Of a stretch of 52,422 nt of DNA, positions 12,451 through 25,150 are shown in pieces. The stretch spans positions 15,560,803-15,613,224 of the forward strand of contig NC_068995.1 in assembly GCF_001194135.2 (NCBI RefSeq), in the 5' to 3' direction. Position 1 is the stretch's first letter. Each line of letters begins with the position of its first letter. The notes under the pieces are model-generated. The model had not been told where the DNA came from, ran no database searches, and saw only the letters and a list, made by a program, of their open reading frames with translations. Position numbers and translations under genes: made by a program. The stretch comes from Octopus bimaculoides (taxonomy: Eukaryota).

Positions 12451-13069
12451 GGACAGTATGTATTTTTAATATTTTTAATATTTTTAATATTCTTAATATT
12501 CTTTAATATTTTAATTAACATCATCCTATAGCATATTCTATTATGTATACCATTCGTTTTCACATATATGATAATAACTTTATACATCTCTAAAGAGCGG
12601 AATTATTGCCAATATGCTTGTCTATATTAGATTACATTATAAAGGCAATAATATCCGTGAAACGATCGTAAGATGCATTTTAGACTTTCATAATATTTTA
12701 ATTGAATTATATTTACACTCACTTACGCATATATTTTTATATAGATTTATGTACGCATATATTTTTTATATACAATTATATTTTGTATATTTCAATTATA
12801 ATTCAAAATGATTATTGTGTCATATAAAACATACATCTTTCAGAAATTCGAATATTGATTTCCTGAGAATATTGTTAATAATTTTATTAATATATATATA
12901 TATATATGAGTATATGTGAGTATATAAATACACAGACATATATATCAATGGGCTGTATGCATGCGCATATATAACTATACGCAAATGTATATTATATATA
13001 CATGTTAGTGTGCGTGTCTGTGTGTGACTGTGTATGTGCGGGCGTATCTGTGCGTGTTTGTGTATATGT

Positions 13070-13714
13070 CGGCTAAAACAGTCTCCAGTTCTTGTAGTGA
13101 TGATGTTGGAGGATATCGTCTCCTTACTTGTTTTTCTAAAATGCACCATAAATGTTCAATAATATTGAGATCCGGGGTCTGTGGTGGCCAGATAAGATGT
13201 TCAACGTCACTAGAATGTTCCTTGTGACATTCAGTAATAACTTAAGCTGTGTGAATTGGTGCATTATCATCCTGAAAGATTGCGTTTCCCTCTGGAAACA
13301 ATTCCGCAACCATAGAATGAATTTGATCAGATAAAATGCTCAAGTAGTCATGACTATTGATTCTGCCATGAAGGGAAACCATTGGGCCGGCGGATTTCCA
13401 AGATATAGCCTACGCACCATAGATCATCATAGATGCTCTTGCATGTTCAACAGTTGGGAAAGGCCGTCTGGGTGGTCGGAAATAAGGTAAAGGATGACTC
13501 GTCATAGAAAATAACATTCTTCCACTGTTCTAGGGACCAATTCTGTAGGTTTTCACTCCACTCTAAATGCTTTGCAACGTTTGTGTTTGAAAGTAGTGGT
13601 TTTCTGATTGTAGCCCTCCCATGAAATCCGGCTTTGTGCACCTCCGACGAACAGTTTTTGTGGGAACTGGGTTCTCGAGGTGGTTATTAAGCTCTGCAGT
13701 AATTTTGGGAGCTG
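13070..13714 (-). mobile_element. Decayed Tc1-like transposase, DD36E spacing
   Basis: KAGFHGRATIRKPLL, WKNVIFYDESSF, FQDDNAPIHTA*, WPPQTPDLNIIEHLW. There are 36 codons between the second D and the E. Internal deletion; 5' part lost in the gap. Confidence 0.88.
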
Positions 13715-15189
13715 NNNNNNNNNNNNNNNNNNNNNNNNNNNNNNNNNNNNNNNNNNNNNNNNNNNNNNNNNNNNNNNNNNNNNNNNNNNNNNNNNNNNNN
13801 NNNNNNNNNNNNNNTATGCATATATATATATATGCATATATATTTATATGTATATATTTATATGCATATATATATTTATATGCATATATATATGAATATA
13901 TATATGCATATATTTATATATGCATATATACATTTAGATCTTAACAATCTTCCGGTTCAGAGAACAAGGTGTCATCATTCCACTTTTCTCTTCCTTTTTA
14001 CGGCCACATGACCTAGTTTCGTGAACGCGCAGGACTCGTTAACCCCATCAGATGCTAGGAGCATCTAATAATATGAACGTCCATATTATATATATTGAAT
14101 ACGGCTAAAGGGCTACAAACGAGTCTGGGAATCCGATAGCGGACAGAACTAGACAGACTTACAGACCAATACGTACGTCTCCACGGTAACTGCAGTGAAT
14201 TCGCCTTTAAAAGCTGAAATATGTTACAAACATATTTTAATTACCTGAAGTGATAAAGAGAGAGAGGGAGAGAGAGAGTTACGTTTTTGCGGTATTTTAA
14301 GAAATTAATGAAAAAAATCCTCTAAGCTTTACAAGCATAAATTTTAAAAAGAAAACAAACAAAAGCATCTAACAGCAAATGCTGAAGTGAAAAATCAAAT
14401 AAAATACATGAGAAAATATGTACATAAATTTTATTAAAACAGACATAAGGTAATACGTCTTGGATGCGAATAATCCGAAACGGAGACGAGTTTTACCGCT
14501 TCCTTGTCGCATGCTCGAACAATTGTGAAGATCTCCTCTACGAAACCATTGGTTGCCTTGTTAACCCACAAATAAATTATGTGTATGTACAAATTTTGTT
14601 GTGTCTAGAGAGTTATGACAATATTATTAACACTGGCACTGATTCAGTTCAACTTCTTTATTATTAGTCAATTGGTTAAATACACACAACTAACAAATTA
14701 GCTGTTCGTTTCACTTGGTTAAGCAAAAGCTCTTTCGTTGCTATTTGCAACATTTTCAATGAGTTTTCACTTAGTCTCTTATGGAGACAGCGTTTGTCTG
14801 TTTGAGACGTTGTTGTGTGCTTGCGTATGTATGTATGTGTATGTGTATATATGTATGTATTCTCATACGTCTGTGTGTGTGTGTGCTTATGGTGTTTGTG
14901 TATGTGTGTAGGTGTCTGTGTATGTGATCATGTAGGTATGCAATATTTCATCCTGTAAAGAACAAATGTAACATTATAATCAGTTTTGTTACAGAAAATA
15001 ACACATTCTCCGAAATGTGAAACGATAATTTATTTAATTTGAAGCAAGTAAATAAAAACCAATACAATTTTATTAATTGTCAGAAATCGATACCATAATA
15101 TATGTAATCAAAATTTGTTGGTCGCTTTTCATTAAGAAGCAAAAGTATTAAATAGAGATCTTTTATTGTCTATATACAAAACTTAATAC

Positions 15190-15207
15190 TTATAAATAAG
15201 TGTACAA

Positions 15208-15299
<92 letters not shown>

Positions 15300-15315
15300 A
15301 TGTTGTATATATGTT

Positions 15316-15361
<46 letters not shown>

Positions 15362-15365
15362 CATG

Positions 15366-15413
<48 letters not shown>

Positions 15414-15811
15414 TGAGCGTACATATTTATTTATGCATGTATGTATGCAAATTTAAACACATATATATTGATACACATGCACTCACATATACACACATAT
15501 AAATACATTAATATCGATAAATATCTGAATATTAGCTGCTGTAGACATCGCCACATTTACTTAAAGAGATAACAATGGTGTTCAATATACACACATATAT
15601 CCTACCTACCCACTTACATACATATATGTATTATATTTATGCATGTATATACATGCATATATATTTGTTTTATTTATATCAATATATACATGTAAACATT
15701 CCTATATATATATATATGTATATATATATGTATATACACAGATACGTATATACATACATATATATATACATACATATGTAAATGTGTGTATGTATATATA
15801 TATAAACGTAT

Positions 15812-15856
<45 letters not shown>

Positions 15857-15957
15857 AAAGATTACATATGTATATGCTTATATATATTTATACATATATA
15901 TAAACGTATATGTACGTATATATATTTGTATGAAAATGTGTGTATATATATATGTAG

Positions 15958-15990
<33 letters not shown>

Positions 15991-16038
15991 CACACAGATA
16001 TGTATGTACACTCACATATATATGTATGTACATATATT

Positions 16039-16103
<65 letters not shown>

Positions 16104-16420
16104 CGATAAACAGTAATATTAGTCGCAGACGTACATTTCGCTGGATACAAGATAACCAGGAATTGTATATTCACACAAGCACATACATATATATATTATA
16201 CTATATATGTATGTGCTATATATATATAGTAACATCTCTTTAAAGTAAAGGCTATTTGCCAACATAATGTGGCTTTCCTGGAAGTACGAACTGTGTGTAT
16301 ATATACATATATACATATTTATCTATATATATATATATAACGTGTGCGTGTGTGTGAGTGCCTGTGTGTATATATGTATACATATAGACATACATATATA
16401 TGGAAATACATACACACATA
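15190..16420. repeat. Extended (TA)/(CA)/(GT) microsatellite-derived low-complexity region
   Basis: Direct reading. Confidence 0.9.
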
Positions 16421-16604
16421 CATAGCTTGCAGCGGATCTGTTTGAACACAGAAAATTTACATTAAATCAAATATCAAACTATTACCATTAACAACATAGT
16501 TCTATATCTGCCAATACGAAGTCCGCCATCTTGATAACACCTCGTGGATGTTATACTTCAGCGATGATATATATATATTACAAACCTTAATGAGAGCTAG
16601 TTCA

Positions 16605-16816
16605 TTAGGCCGTGCTTAGGTGGAAAGTGAGTTCCTTGCTATCCACCATCCAGCACGGAACTGTTGTATACATCCACCCTTGTCGATATTTCAAAGTAGC
16701 ATTTACTACTTTTGTTTCGTGTTGATCTGATAGGGTAAGCGTTAATGTAGCTTTAGTTCTGCCAATCGCGTTTCTATGCGTTTGTAATAGTTTTCCTTTC
16801 ATGCTCAAACAACGAC
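16605..16816 (-). CDS. ITIH: ITIH-like gene, terminal coding exon (212 nt incl. TAA)
   Basis: Strong acceptor ttcactttctctttcag|, phase 1 compatible with the previous exon. Encodes (G)RCLSMKGKLL...RTKATLTL...TTVPCWMVDSKELTFHLSTA*, matching ITIH KPDATL...VVCWFV. Confidence 0.88.
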
Positions 16817-17189
16817 CTGAAAGAGAAAGTGAAAGCAAAAAGAACACTTGAAATGATAGGAATATCAAGAAGAGAAAAGAAAAGTATAAGAAAACCAAAA
16901 TTTGCAGGAATAAAGAAAAAGATATAAAGAAAATAATATCGATAACAACAGTAATAAACAGATTAACAGAAAAGTTTGAAATAAGAGAAAACTATAACGA
17001 CGACAGTAACAAGATATAGAAATAATATTTAAGTAAGATAATTACGAGGAGTAAAATGAAAGCGAATGAATGAGTGGTTTCCAACATTAGAAGAAAAATA
17101 GTAATTTCATAGATAACCGGGTGAGATGTCTGGATCGATATCTTTATATTACTGCTTCGTATGTGTGTGTGTGTGTGTGTGTGTAATAC

Positions 17190-17354
17190 AGGCAATTCTG
17201 TGTGGTTAAGAAGTTCGCAGTTATGTGGTATCGGATTTAGTCTCACTGAGGGTATATCTTGTACAAACGTCTTCTACTATATAGTTATACAACCTCGGGC
17301 CGACCAGAGCCTTGTGAATGAGTTTGGTAGATGGAAACTGTGCGCAAGCTCGTC

Positions 17355-17398
<44 letters not shown>

Positions 17399-17400
17399 GC
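17190..17400 (+). mobile_element. SINE family A, 5' half
   Basis: ctgtgtggttaagaag...cctcgggccgaccagagccttgtgaatgagtttggtagatggaaactg. Confidence 0.8.
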
Positions 17401-17430
17401 GTGTGTGTATATACGTGTGTGTGTGTATAT

Positions 17431-18397
<967 letters not shown>

Positions 18398-20504
18398 CAC
18401 ACACACACACACACACACACCTAAATAAATAAGATAGTGGTACAATAACGCACCAATATTTACTGGAAATAGCAGTCGATAATATAAGACGCTATAGTAA
18501 AGTTTCACTGTATATATATACTGGCAAAATGTTAGCAGGCGGCGAACATAAATTCCATCTTACCTGTAGGAAGAACAATAAATAAATGTAGAACTCAGGT
18601 GTGGATAATCTAGGACCTAGGTTTTGAACTTTCCAAATTACGTGTGTTAACGTAAATTTGATTAGTTCTCACCGGCTCGATTCACCTAGACAAAATCTCA
18701 AATATCGCCACACACACACACACACGCACACGCACACGCACACGCACACGCACGCGCGCGCGCGCGCGACATGGTCGACACCAGTAGAAATTGACTTCAC
18801 GACGCAAAGACAAAGAAACAAAAACAAGACGTATCTGATGAAATTCTTTGAGGCAGTGAATTCTCACAACCGTCAAGTCAGAAATGTTTGNNNNNNNNNN
18901 NNNNNNNNNNNNNNNNNNNNNNNNNNNNNNNNNNNNNNNNNNNNNNNNNNNNNNNNNNNNNNNNNNNNNNNNNNNNNNNNNNNNNNNNNNNNNNNNNNNN
19001 NNNNNNNNNNNNNNNNNNNNNNNNNNNNNNNNNNNNNNNNNNNNNNNNNNNNNNNNNNNNNNNNNNNNNNNNNNNNNNNNNNNNNNNNNNNNNNNNNNNN
19101 NNNNNNNNNNNNNNNNNNNNNNNNNNNNNNNNNNNNNNNNNNNNNNNNNNNNNNNNNNNNNNNNNNNNNNNNNNNNNNNNNNNNNNNNNNNNNNNNNNNN
19201 NNNNNNNNNNNNNNNNNNNNNNNNNNNNNNNNNNNNNNNNNNNNNNNNNNNNNNNNNNNNNNNNNNNNNNNNNNNNNNNNNNNNNNNNNNNNNNNNNNNN
19301 NNNNNNNNNNNNNNNNNNNNNNNNNNNNNNNNNNNNNNNNNNNNNNNNNNNNNNNNNNNNNNNNNNNNNNNNNNNNNNNNNNNNNNNNNNNNNNNNNNNN
19401 NNNNNNNNNNNNNNNNNNNNNNNNNNNNNNNNNNNNNNNNNNNNNNNNNNNNNNNNNNNNNNNNNNNNNNNNNNNNNNNNNNNNNNNNNNNNNNNNNNNN
19501 NNNNNNNNNNNNNNNNNNNNNNNNNNNNNNNNNNNNNNNNNNNNNNNNNNNNNNNNNNNNNNNNNNNNNNNNNNNNNNNNNNNNNNNNNNNNNNNNNNNN
19601 NNNNNNNNNNNNNNNNNNNNNNNNNNNNNNNNNNNNNNNNNNNNNNNNNNNNNNNNNNNNNNNNNNNNNNNNATATATATATATATATATATATACATAT
19701 ATGTGTGTGTGTGTATATACGTATGTATATATCAATGTATATATGTATGATATATATATATACACACACGTATGTATGTATATGTGAATGATATATATAT
19801 ATATATACTAAATTAGAAGTACACCATGTAATATATACGTGTGTGTGTATACACACACACACACATATATATGCACACACATATATATCTGTGTGTGTGT
19901 GTAACTGTGTGTGTATATCGTCGTCATCTTAGGCTGTTTCTCGTATCCGAGCAATCCAATAGAGCGGTTTCTCCATTTTGATGTCAGTATCGACTAAGAA
20001 AGCCTAATCTCGTACAAATTCCACGGAAGCAGAGGTGATAGCAAAGAAATAGTAGAAAGTTTGTGATCGACTTTTGCGGTTTGTGTCTTTTGTCAACTTT
20101 GCATTTTTAGCTCGTTTTCTCTTACTATGTTTTATTTTTCTATTACTTCAAAAACATCAATGGTCGTAGTTGGCATCGGTTTATTATGTTTTTGTCTCAC
20201 TTTCAGCCATTTTGAAGACTGATTTTTGCTGGTCTTCGTGACCACATGGTCTTTTTCCTGACTGTTAAACAAGGAAATCTGTCTTGTTTCCTCCTAAGTA
20301 CGTCCTAAACATAGCAGTCGATGTGTCAACATCATCGATTATAATGTTGGTTTGTCCTCATTCACTGGTTGCTGTCGATGTGGTTGTTCTAATTGATGGG
20401 AGAACTACATAGCCAGCGGAGTTTTGCTTTAATTTATGGAAATACGCCAGCTTTTTGAGGTCCGACGGCAGTATCCTTCTTTCACAACAGTTTAATACTT
20501 CTTT

Positions 20505-20680
20505 TTGCTATTGGCATAAGGCCTGAAATTTTGGTGGCGGGGTTAAGTCAATTAAATCGACCTAAGTATTTTACTGGTACTTAATTTATCGACCCCGAAA
20601 TGCTGGAAAGCAAAGTCCACTCTGGCAGAACTTGAACTCCGCTTAGCATTTTGGCCGATGTGCTGACAATTCAGCCAGAA
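20505..20680 (-). mobile_element. SINE family B
   Basis: ctggtacttaatttatcgaccccgaaa...aaagtc...ttgaactc. Confidence 0.8.
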
Positions 20681-20756
20681 GAAGACTCCGGTTACACCAC
20701 CAGTTTCAGTTTTTTGTGAGGTTATATATTTGTTCTTGTCATATGTATGTATGTGT

Positions 20757-21115
20757 TATCTTTTATCTATTACTTGACTGTGGCCATGCTGGGGCATCGT
20801 CCAGAATAATGTTTAGTTGAATGAATCAACCCCAGTATTACTTATTCTTTTCCGGTTTCTGTTTTGCCGAAACGTTAAGTTATGGGGATGTAAACACACT
20901 AACACCGATTGTCAAGCAGTGGTGGGGGATAGACAGAGGCACAAACATACAAACACACAAAGGGCTTCAGTTTTCGTCTATCAAATCCACTCACAAGGCT
21001 TTGGTTGGCCCGAGGTTATAGTAGAAGACTCCTATTAAAGGTGCCACGCAGTGGGACTGAACTCGGGACCATGTGGTCCGGAAGCAAGTTCCTTACCACA
21101 CAGCCACGTCTGCGT
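20757..21115 (-). mobile_element. SINE family A
   Basis: gactgtggccatgctgggg...aaatccactcacaaggctttggttggcccgagg...ttaccacacagccac. Confidence 0.85.
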
Positions 21116-21284
21116 CTATCGACAGAGCCCAACCTGCACCTACATACATGATTTGTAACAATGAAATCAAATCAAACAAGAGCACACACACACACACACA
21201 CACACTAATATGTATACAGGGAGATTGTGTTAAAATACAACTACACTTACACACGCACACACACTAATATATATTGCACGCCTC

Positions 21285-21465
21285 ATCGTGAGCTTGCAGT
21301 TTCGATTCCTGTACCGGGTGATATGTTGTGTTCCTGAATAAAACATTTGCTTTCACATTGCTCCAGTGGACTCAGCTGACAAAAATTAGTAAACCCGCGA
21401 AGTACTAGCGTCTTGTTCAGGAGGTGGATATAAAACTCCATAGAATCCGAGAAACGGGCTGTATG
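21285..21465 (+). mobile_element. tRNA-derived SINE family E (decayed)
   Basis: gtttcgattcc B box, tgttgtgttcctgaataaaaca body, catagaatccgagaaacggg tail; homologous to 41404-41625. Confidence 0.6.
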
Positions 21466-21585
21466 AGCCAATTGCATGCACATATAAATGCATTAATATA
21501 CATACATATAAATATATATGTATATAAATAAATATATACAAGTATTGTAAATAAAAATATATATAAATAAATATATATAAGTATT

Positions 21586-21628
<43 letters not shown>

Positions 21629-21651
21629 NNNNNNNNNNNNNNNNNNNNNNN

Positions 21652-21893
21652 TCACTGTCGTAGGATTGTGGTTTCGATTCCCAGACCAGGTGTTGTGTGT
21701 TTTTATTGAGCGAAAACACCTAAAGCTCCACGAGGCTCCAGAGGTGTGAGGGTGGAGTGGCAAACCATGCAGTACTCTTTTTGTTAGTCTTTCTTCTTGT
21801 TTTTGTTGTGCCTGTAGTTTAAATGGCCACTTGCACATTAATTTCACGAGCAGGCTGTTTCGTTGACCGGATCAATTGCAACCGACGGAATGC

Positions 21894-21896
<3 letters not shown>
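21652..21896 (+). mobile_element. SINE family C, 5' end in gap, internally deleted
   Basis: ggtttcgattcccagacc...gagcgaaaacacctaaagctccacgagg...ttaatttcacgagcaggctg. Confidence 0.8.
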
Positions 21897-21935
<39 letters not shown>

Positions 21936-22299
21936 GCATATATATATTGCGTTCTTGTCCCATTCTGTATTATTTATATAGATATATATAAATGCATATA
22001 TATATACATACAAATATATATATATATATATATATAATGTATGTATGTATCTTTCTATATGTGTTTGTGTATGTGTTGGAATATATGCGTGAGAGAGGCA
22101 GAAAGAAATAGAGAGAAAGATAGTGAGAAATAGAGAGAAAGATAGTGAGAGAGAGAGAGAGAGAGCTTTCTAGCTATGGCTTTATAAACGTAATCGAACT
22201 GTAGCGGAATGATATGAAAGATAGATTATGCAGTAATTCCTTTCCATTGCTTATAATCATTAAAATCAAAGACCATGACACACCCCAAATTTCTTTTCG

Positions 22300-22682
22300 A
22301 ATATTTTGAAAACTAAAAGAATGTCGAAAGTTTATAGAAACTCATGATATATATAATTCAGGATCACAACATGCAAATACGCTGCAACAAAATTTCTTTT
22401 CCTCAACAGGCGCTGCCCTATTTAACATTGTCCCAAAACAGATCAAAGAGGAAAAGGATCCCATTACCTTTAAGCGGAACCTGGACAAATTTCTTCAAGG
22501 AATACCAGATAAGCCACTTATACCTGGATACAACTCACTCAACGAGAACTCCCTACTCGAATGGACCACGATACCACGGAACTTGACTTTAAAAGGAATT
22601 AGCTAATCGTATCAGGTGGTTCTATTAAGTTAGACATGGCCTGGACCAACTTTTGTTCGAAACATATCTAAGTTATCTAAGA
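22300..22682 (+). mobile_element. 5'-truncated LINE (CR1/L2-group) ORF2 C-terminus and 3' tail
   Basis: Translates to FSSTGAALFNIVPKQIKEEKDPITFKRNLDKFLQGIPDKPLIPGY...NSLLEW, typical of CR1/L2-group ORF2 ends (LFN.LP...FK..LDKFL..IPD.P..PGY). Ends in a tandem (tatctaag) tail. Confidence 0.8.
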
Positions 22683-23329
22683 TAAACTGAAGACACAGAC
22701 AAAGGAGTTAATATCTTTGAAAACTATATTCTTTGTTATGCACTTAACAATTCTGTCTCCGTGAGAACTGTAAACTATTTTCTTTATACGTCAAGAAGTG
22801 AATATACTTTGGAAAAAAGCGACGATAATTGTCCATCAGACTATAGTGGTTAATTTCGTTTGACTCTACATTGTGACTATGTTATTAAAAATGTCGAGAA
22901 TGTGTTGAAAGTATGATGTATATAAATACTTTAATCAAATCCGTAGCTATTGATGGAAACTGATTGTATATGTCCACAACAGGCACACTTAGCTACGTGG
23001 TTAAAAAGCTAGCATTCTAACCGCGCGGTTTCATGTTCGGTCCCACTACTCAGCACATTGACGCACACACACACAGATACACACACGTACGCACACGCAT
23101 GGACGCACATGTCTCTCTACACACACACACAACGCATACATGCGTGCACGCACATACAACGTACACATACCTCCACACACACAACATACACATACACACA
23201 CGTATATACACGCACACACATACATACACACGTAAATAGACGCATACATACACACACGTGAACGCACATATAGCTCCACATACACACACCGCACACATAT
23301 ACGCACACACGTGCACACACATACATACA

Positions 23330-23440
23330 CTTCTGCACTGACTCAGCCACTTGCACGTTAATTTCACGAGCAGGCTGTTCCGTTGATCGAATCAACTGGA
23401 ACCCACGTCGTCGTAAGCGACGGAGTGCTAACAACAATAC
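23330..23440 (+). mobile_element. SINE family C 3' tail fragment
   Basis: cagccacttgcacgttaatttcacgagcaggctgttccgttgatcg...gacggagtgctaacaacaa. Confidence 0.8.
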
Positions 23441-23507
23441 CACACTTATGTGACATGTTTATTTCCCATTGAAGTGTTTTAAGAATAACATTCTTTCTTT
23501 CTTTCCC

Positions 23508-23795
23508 TTTTAAAGCTCAGCCAGGCTCATGTGCCCGGTTTCCCGGTTTCTATGGCGTATGTGTTCCCTACCAGCTGGACGGGACGCCAGTCCATCGCAG
23601 CGTTACTCAAGAAACAGGAAGAATGAGTGAGAGAAAGTTGTGGCGAAAGAGTACAACATGGGTCACCCCACCTGCCGGAGCCTTGTGGAGCTTTAAGTGT
23701 TTTCATTCAATAAACACACACAACGCCCGGTCTGGGAATTGAAACTGCGATCCTCCGACCGCGAGTCCGCTGCCCTAACCACTGGGCCATTGTCC
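23508..23795 (-). mobile_element. SINE with family C head/body and family E-type tail
   Basis: Head and body match 45190-45365; the tail is ctgcgatggactggcgtcccgtccag...catagaaaccgggaaaccggg instead of the family C tail. Confidence 0.8.
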
Positions 23796-23834
23796 TTCCA
23801 GTTAAGAATAACGTAAACAATATAAAAATTGGTT

Positions 23835-24040
23835 TCGAATTTTGGCACAAGGCCAGCAATTTCGGGGGAAGGAGGCTTATCGATTACATTGATCCCCAGT
23901 GTTCAAGTGATACTTACTTTATCGATCCCGAAGCGATGAAAGGCAAAACCGACCCCGGTGACATTTTACTTCAAAACAAAGACGGACAAAATACCGCTAA
24001 GCATTTTGTCCCACGTGCTAACGGTTCTGTCACCTCACTT
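23835..24040 (-). mobile_element. SINE family B
   Basis: ggcacaaggccagcaatttcggg...atcgatcccgaagcgatgaaaggcaaa. Confidence 0.8.
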
Positions 24041-24959
24041 AAGCAATATAAATAGTGTTTATTCTCTTCCTGATTTGCGATCATTCCGGAGCACGCCTCC
24101 AAGGGTTTGTGTCAATTATATGAACTCCTTAGTATTTTACTCAGAATAAGGGACAAAGTTGACTTCAACGGAAATTGAACTCAGAAAGCGAGGATACGGA
24201 CAAAATAACGCAAAACATTTTATCCGACGTTCTAACGACTCTGCCAATTCGCCGCCTGATTATTAAGTTATAAACATATATTGCTGCGGAATACTCAACC
24301 ACTCTTTTTTCATTGATTTTGGTCTGTAGGAAAGCACTATACACATTGCCTTCGCAGTTGGTTTCCGTTGAATGAACAATTGGAGAAATCATCGTCGAAA
24401 CCGACGGAAGATCCATTTACTTTTAATCATTGTGGTACATGCTCATCACAGCCTTCCATGGAAATACAGGTCAAAAGCTCCCTATTATGACTCTTAAGAT
24501 GACATTGTTTCAGGTAAATTTAATTTCCAACTAATTTTAAGGAACGCTCTGATATCCAAACTATCAGGAAATTCTTAATTGACCGTAATTATATAATGCA
24601 TTATAAGGGCAGATTAATTAATAGATTCGGTACGAGTAATCACATGTAATTGACTCTTATGCACTATAATGCATTATATAATCATTGCTACGTATTTACT
24701 GACAAGCCTACGGCATTTGTTGTAACTACCGAATATCTCTAAATCGCGAGGGAGCCTCTACACAGTCACTTGATGTGCTAGAAATAGCAGCACGATGGCA
24801 GTCCAGTGACGATCAGCAATGGAAACTAAACCAAAATGATAACTGACATTTCATTCAAAACCAGTTTAACATTATGACCGTATATTAAAAGGATATGTCT
24901 TTAGAGCAAACACTTTTTTTTTAAAGACAGAACTTGAAAATTTGATCAATATCAAAGTT

Positions 24960-25150
24960 GTTTCAAGGCTGTGAGCTTAGCGGCGTTTCGTCTGTTTTTA
25001 TGTTCTGAGTTCAAATTCTGCCAAGGTTGACTTTGCTTTTCATCCTTTCGGGGTCGATAAAATAATACCAGTTGAGCATTGAGGTCGATGTAATAGACTA
25101 GCCCCCTCCTCCGACCTTGCTGGTCTTGTGCCAAAATTTGATTCTCTAAT
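24960..25150 (+). mobile_element. SINE family B
   Basis: gttctgagttcaaattctgccaaggttgactttgctttcatcctttcggggtcgataaaata. Confidence 0.85.

Larger units (their letters stand above)
11262..12892 (+). mobile_element. Non-autonomous long-TIR element (Mutator/MULE-like) carrying a GIY-YIG ORF and a decayed transposase
   Basis: 11262-11449 is the reverse complement of 12711-12892 with scattered substitutions and one 6-bp indel. Both ends abut (TA)n tracts. The interior holds a GIY-YIG ORF and a DGTFKY motif. Confidence 0.8.

Noticed and set aside
11200-12900. Mitochondrial insertion (NUMT) or group I intron homing endonuclease, suggested by AT richness, GIY-YIG and TGA codons
   Set aside because: TAA stops remain under a mitochondrial code, the GIY-YIG is Penelope-type, and TIRs plus a MULE motif explain the segment better.
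19920-20480. Non-repetitive tract with RTYLG, echoing RTYIG of the ITIH exon
   Set aside because: Multiple stops and no other aligned motifs; treated as coincidence.
24165-24416. 83-aa minus-strand ORF inside the last intron
   Set aside because: The flanking exons already join into a complete domain alignment, the ORF runs into a SINE remnant, and it has no motif.
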